In this document: positions 58,201-64,000 of the stretch, one piece after another
Position numbering within the stretch: position 1 is the stretch's first letter
Layout: every line of letters begins with the position of its first letter
Assembly (NCBI GenBank): GCA_012295275.1
Contig: CM022665.1
Span: 46,810,001-46,874,000 of the forward strand
Length of the DNA stretch: 64,000 bases
Source of the DNA: Chrysomallon squamiferum
Lineage: Eukaryota; Animalia; Mollusca
Direction of reading: 5' to 3'
Notes under the pieces: generated by a model
What the model was told of the DNA's origin: nothing
Database searches by the model: none
The model's input: only the letters and a program-made list of their open reading frames with translations
Made by a program: the position numbers and the translations under genes

Positions 58201-61200
58201 TAAAAACTGAAGAATTCTGTTTAATGCTTGTTACAAATACAGACATTGACACCATTTTTAAATGCATTCAATTATTTTTAAAATAAATAAATAAATAAAT
58301 GATAGTGTTTAATAATAAACAATATCTATTGTCACCAGTACAAGCTCTGAAAGGAACCTGCACAAATACAGCACAGTGTGGAAAACAGTATTTTGCTGAA
58401 TGTTTTGATGGAAGATTTTGTCGATGTATTTCTGGACGATACAGAAATATTGATGGAGAATGTCATTTAGGTATGTGACATAAACACAGTATCAGTTTTC
58501 ATTTCAATACAGCAATTTGTATTTAGAAATGACATTCTAGAATATTAAGTAGATGACTGAGGCAAATAAAACACTTTTTGTGTTATAATATGTAGACTGA
58601 GCTGAAAATAACATTTCCAGTCTTTTTAAAGAAACAATCTTTCAGCCAAAAATATAAAATGAAGAGAAAATATCTGATGCATGAAGTAAACAACACAAAC
58701 AAACAAGTGAATAGCAATTATAAACCTTGCTGTTGTTTCAGAGATGGCAAACTCAAACCACAGTGATTAATCTTTATGTTTCAGTCGAAGAGTTAGGAGT
58801 GATTTCTTTTAATCACAGCCAAGATGCACCATGGAGTGAGAAATTTACATGGAAGACATCGACAAACCTTTCTACAGCAGCTAAACTGTCCATCACTTAC
58901 CAGATTACAGTTACTCCTGGAAATATCACAAACAACACATCTGGAGATTCAATGACAGTCCAGAATCTGAGAGCTGGAACGAAATATTCTGCTCAGTTTA
59001 TCACAATGTTTGAGCAGGATGAAAAAACGGAAATTGTCAACAAACAAACAATTGAATTTACAACAAAAAGTAATAATCTATTATATATTTAAATCTCACA
59101 TTTATTTCAGGTAGTCTTTGAATCTGGAAAAGATGTGCAACTGGTGAATCTATAATGGATCAAAACGATACATTTTTTTTCTCAGTGTGAAAATCTTGAA
59201 AAAAGCATAAACTATTTTTAATTATTTTAAAATCATTAAAAATATTACTGGCATGAAGTTTGGCATTTAAATATTAAAGGCTGATAACACTGATTTTGCT
59301 TGTTAAATTTTATACAGTTCACTGATGCAAGGTCTTACATACATATTACATAAATGAAAATTATTAATGACAGATTACATAAATGAAAAAATTATATATA
59401 GATCATGACAATTATTTTGTTTTTGTGATTGAAAACTATATATAATAATTTACAGAAATAGCAAATAACGAGACATGTAAAGCTGGAGATGTGTGTTCGG
59501 ACTCGAATGCCTCTTGTAGTTTGACAAATCCTACACGATGTCTGTGCAAAGAAGGATACTTCTGGGGTCCAACACCTCTCAACTGTACACCAGGTATAAC
59601 TAGTGTCCTTACCTTGTGTCATCAATTAACTATAAATCTGACTTCAACAAAATGTTAATTATTATAAAGACCAGCGAAGAAATGATTATTTACTGCAAAC
59701 TGAAGTAAATGAATCTCTGTGATTTCTAGTTGCTTTTAATGTTTAGCAAAATATTGAAAAATCATGTGCAGTACATATATATCAAAAGAAACGTGTTTTA
59801 TGGCATGTCAAGTGAAAGATATATTAATAAATGTAAATCACATACTTATTTATTTTGGTTAACAGTCACCAGTCTCAACCCAAAGAACATCAAGTTTCCC
59901 ATCATTAATCGTGAAAACATCACAGTGACATGGCAACAAGACGGTGAAGATTCTCAAGTATCTGGGTACAAAATATCGTGGACACCAGACAAGGGCAGCA
60001 ATAATGAGTCGAAATCATCGAACACGTCAGTTATAACCAAGTTGAAAGCTGGAACAGAGTACAGGGTGACTGTAACAACTGTTATTAATGACAAGACAAG
60101 AATACAGAAAATTAACAAAACAGCGACAGTTACAACAAGTGAGTGGTGTTTGTTCTTTTGTTCATTTAAATGTTAAATCACACTAAAATAAACAGAAAAC
60201 TTCCATGTATGCAATATCTACATAATGATACATGTATTTATATAAAATTTTAAGGTAAAATCTGAAGAATTCTGTTTAATGCTTGTTACAAATACAGACA
60301 TTAACTACATTTTTTAAATGCATTCAACTAATTCTAAAATAAATAAATAAATAAATAATAGTGTTTAATAATAAACATAATTTGTTGTCACCAGTACAAG
60401 CTCTGAAAGGAACCTGTACAAATACAACACTATGTGGAAAACAGTATTTCGCTGAATGTTTTGATGGAAGATTTTGTCGATGTATTTCTGGATTTTATAG
60501 AAACATTGATGGAGAATGTCATTTAGGTAGGTGACCTAATCACAGTATGAGTTTTCATTTCAGTGTAGCAAATTAGATTTAGAAGTGACACACCAGGAAA
60601 TTAAGTAGATAACTGAAGCAACTAAAACACATTGTATTATGTAGACTGAGTAGAAAATACCATTTCAAGCCTTTTAAAGAACAAATCTTTCAGACAAAAA
60701 AGATAAAATGAAGAGAAGATACCTGATGCATGAAAGAAAAAAGGAAAAAAAAAGGATTAGCATTAGCAATTTTAATTTTTTTTTTTGTTTTAGTTTGTTT
60801 CAGTGATGGCTAACTCAGTGTCCAATGATTATATTTGTGTTTCAGTTGAAGAGTTAGGAGTGAGTTCTTTTAATCACAGCCAAGATTCACCATGGAGTGA
60901 GAAATTTACATGGAAGACATCGACAATCCTTTCTAAAGCTCCTGACCTGTCCACCAATTACCAGGTTACAGTTAATCCTGGAAATATCTCAAACAACACA
61001 TCTGGAAATTCAGTCACAGTGCAGAATCTCAGAGCTGGAAAAAATTATTCTGCTGAATTTATCACAACATTTGAACAAGATGAAAAAACTGAAATCGTCA
61101 ACAATGAAACAATTGAATTTTCAACACAAAGTAATGATATTATTTGAATTCATACATTTATTTTGACTTTGTCCTTGACGCTGGAATGAATTTACAATTG

Positions 61201-63931
61201 GGGATGTTAACTTGGATAAAAGAGTATATTTTAAAGAATTAAAACATATTACAAGCAGGAAGTCTTGCATTTAAATATTAATGTGCTTGTTAAATTTAAT
61301 ATAATTATTGCTGCAAGGACTTGTTCAGTACAGAACAACTTGTAGCTATATATCCTTACATTAATGAACAAATTATACAAAGATCATGATATTATCATTT
61401 AGTTTTTTTTGTGATTTAAAAGTATATATTATAATAAATTACAGAAATAGCAAATAACGAGACATGTAAAGCTGGAGATGTGTGTTCTGATTTGAATGCC
61501 TCTTGTAATTATACCAATCCTACACGATGTCTCTGTGATGTAGGATTTTTCTGGGATCCAACACCTCTCACATGTACACCAGGTATAACATTATTACTAA
61601 TGTTTACATCTAAAACACTTGTTTCAATAACTTCAGTAAACAGATTTTAATCTGACTACTGTATAAAAGTATTTGTTAATTAAATTTGATACATTAAATA
61701 TGAATATGTTCAAAAAGAATAAACGAAAAATCCATGAACTGATGTGCATATACTAATTAATATTATCGCTGTTCAAAACGAATATCATATATTTTTATTT
61801 ATTGATATGTGGATGCTGAAATTTAATATTTCCTAAATCACATTTCAAACACAGTTATTAAGGGTAGAGTAGAATACTTTAGTCAATATTCTTCCTATTC
61901 TCTCTACTTTTGGAATATTTAGCTCTTTTTTTCTTCAGTGTCTGAATTAAAACCACAAATTAATCAAGTATCCAGAAGTGGCACTACTTCTCTTCAGGTG
62001 ATCTGGACACCGGCTACTCAGTATGGTCAGTATGTGACTAAATATGATATCATGTGGACACCACTGGACAAGGGTCCATGTTTTGTCTATTTAAACCACA
62101 CAGGTGATATAAAAGGTTTAGTACCTGGAAAACAGTACACTGTTCTAGTGAGAGCTTTCATTATCCAAGAAGGAAGAGTACAGTTTGTAGATTCAGCTAA
62201 TATTTCACAGAGAACATGTAAGATTATAAAGTATTTCACTTATCATTGCTAATTTTCTCTGTTAATGATACATTTTATTACTTATATATCCAGTATAAAA
62301 AGTGTTATTTCTAACATACACATAAAACATACTCAGAAAAATAGCATGTATAGTAAGAGTGATTTTGAAGTCAAAATTACTTTCTTCTTTTCAAAATGTT
62401 TTACTGTTACTTTCGGATTCTCTCTTTACAGGTGTTACAGTTTTGAAAAAGAAAAATAGAAATAATTTAAACATTTATATCAGATAATAAAAAAATTGAA
62501 AAAACAAATTAACAAAAACAAACATTTACTGGTATTTCTTGATTTCAGTTCCAGACATACCAGGCCCATTTGATGAAGAAAAAAGTAATTTAACAGCACC
62601 AAACATCACGCTGTATTTTAATAAATCTGAAGGAATTGTTGATTACTACATAGTAACTTTAATTGGTGACTCTGACTTTTACAACAAGACTCAAAATGTG
62701 ACGTCAGCAGAAAAATATCCTAAACTTGTGTTTAAGGACATAACTGCTGGCAGTTATTACACTTTAAATATCACTGCAGTCAGCTCTGGAGTTTACAGTG
62801 AAACCTACACATATAGTAAAATTCGTGGCTCAGTAAAAGGTAAATACAATTTTTAGGTTGAATTATTGTACCTTCTATAAAAACATTTGTTTTAGATTTA
62901 TTCTGGTTTGGTTTCTTCTGGCAAATTTTAAAATGTTTATCTTATTTAATGCATTTTAGTAGTTTTAACAGAACCTTTGGTTGAATAAAGATGGCTCTAT
63001 TAAAAACAGTTCTTTTAAAAAATATAACTACGGAATTTAGTACAAATGTTAAAACCAGATGAAATAATAAATGAATAAAAATAATTAATGTGAAACGAAA
63101 TGGTTTAAATGTTCTACTTTTAATACGTTTTAATAATTAAACAAATAATGTATTTTAAGGATTATTAATAGGTATGTTGGAATTTAATAGAAGCAGTGAA
63201 TAAATAATACACAGAATTATATAAAAGGACATTCTGAATATTTTCAAAGCCAATATTAAGGAAACTGTATGATCAGGGAGGAAAAATAAATAAAAAGAAA
63301 CTACTTTAGAATTCAAAACATAAATATTTGAATTTTTCTCTATTTAATGTGGTATTTTTGCAATAAAGTAACAAAATGAAAAATAACGTACTGCAGAGCA
63401 TATGTGCTACTTTTTTTTGTTGTGCCTAAACAATACTTATTTGTTGTTTTCTGTTGTTGTGATAAATGTGTATATCCAGATAATATAAATTGTAATGACA
63501 AACTTAGGTGCCACAAAAAGAAAGAAAACAACAACAACAATAATAATAATAATAATAAAAAAAATAAAAATAAAAATAAATAAAATTAAAATTAAAAATT
63601 AAGTAAAACATAAAACAATAAATGAAAGTAATTTGGATATCAGCTGCTACCTACATTTTAAGCACTAATTTAAATATATATGATTTCTGTTGGTTATTCC
63701 ATCTCTGCAGATTATGTTTATACATTAATATTTTTACTTGCAGCACCTGGAAATGTGTCTCACCTCAGTGTATCAAACATAACCTACAGTTCTATGTTTG
63801 TGTCCTGGAATCGTCCTCACAACCCCAATGGTGTTATATTTGCTTACATTTTAACTCTTAAACTAATTTCAAATGATACTTGTCAACAGAAAGTTGTCTT
63901 TTACTGCAGTGACTGCACAAACATGAGTAAC
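49271..63931 (+). CDS. Gene 3 (3'-truncated by the window): tandem paralog of gene 2 with FN3/EGF-EB ectodomain, probably an RPTP
   Basis: Exons: 49271-49342 (signal peptide), 50838-50925 (or to 50968, frameshifted), 52723-52860 (EB), 53273-53548 (FN3), 57158-57286 (EB), 57809-58084 (FN3, donor lost), 58339-58470, 58785-59069, 59456-59593, 59866-60138, 60395-60526, 60846-61130, 61445-61582, 61939-62217, 62549-62839, 63744-63931. The last two are homologs of gene 2 exons 29094 and 30373, flanking introns included. Confidence 0.85.
54271..56700 (+). mobile_element. Degraded DNA transposon (AcademX-like transposase plus XPG/PIN-like nuclease) in an intron of gene 3
   Basis: Frameshifted, stop-riddled translations: QKLFDYFGDCVLIT, AELIKSDLKD, LPETIWLFL..PGKTSGLKVAS, SIGVQLHHLHVSR, GKSSVHFLPMTDM, ILIFDQPL*LK..LKTVVLKLGGFYTLM, ADGNADFMIVKT, KKVATSPKYVKVQTL. 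Family assignment is from recall of these motifs; boundaries are approximate. Confidence 0.7.
57809..61582 (+). repeat. Intragenic duplication of the FN3-EB-FN3-EB unit in gene 3 (2 copies, ~2.06-kb period)
   Basis: Paired exon starts 57809/59866, 58339/60395, 58785/60846 and 59456/61445, with homologous introns. Confidence 0.9.
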
Positions 63932-64000
63932 GTAAGATATTTTAATTTATTATTAAAGGTCTTTTTTTTAAAATGTTGTTAACATTTGATGACAATCCTT

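Overview
AT-rich, intron-rich, microsatellite-dense animal DNA (probably a lophotrochozoan such as a mollusc; this is an inference). The + strand carries a tandem cluster of three paralogous type-I membrane receptor genes. Their ectodomains alternate fibronectin type III (FN3) exons with 6-Cys EGF/EB-like exons, nearly all phase 1-1. Gene 1 (3' end only, 293-3710) ends in a TM helix and an ~80-aa acidic tail, with no phosphatase domain. Gene 2 (11009-43085; 47 exons traced by hand, ~2570 codons) is a single-PTP-domain R3-type receptor tyrosine phosphatase (PTPRB/PTPRJ/PTPRQ/Ptp10D-like). Its ectodomain was expanded by a recent ~2.5-kb four-exon tandem amplification, and one copy carries a nonsense codon. 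Gene 3 (49271 to beyond the window end) is a tandem duplicate of gene 2 with a different module count and a fossil Academ-like transposon in an intron. Highlights: an in-frame 57-bp triplication of the splice acceptor inside the catalytic HCSAGVGR P-loop of gene 2 (a possible splice switch between active and dead enzyme); a phosphatase-less paralog next door; an orphan second signal-peptide exon; a frameshift apparently rescued by a new splice donor in gene 3; and several dead or duplicated exons indicating rapid exon birth-and-death. All exon models were read by eye from splice signals and reading frame, without transcript evidence.
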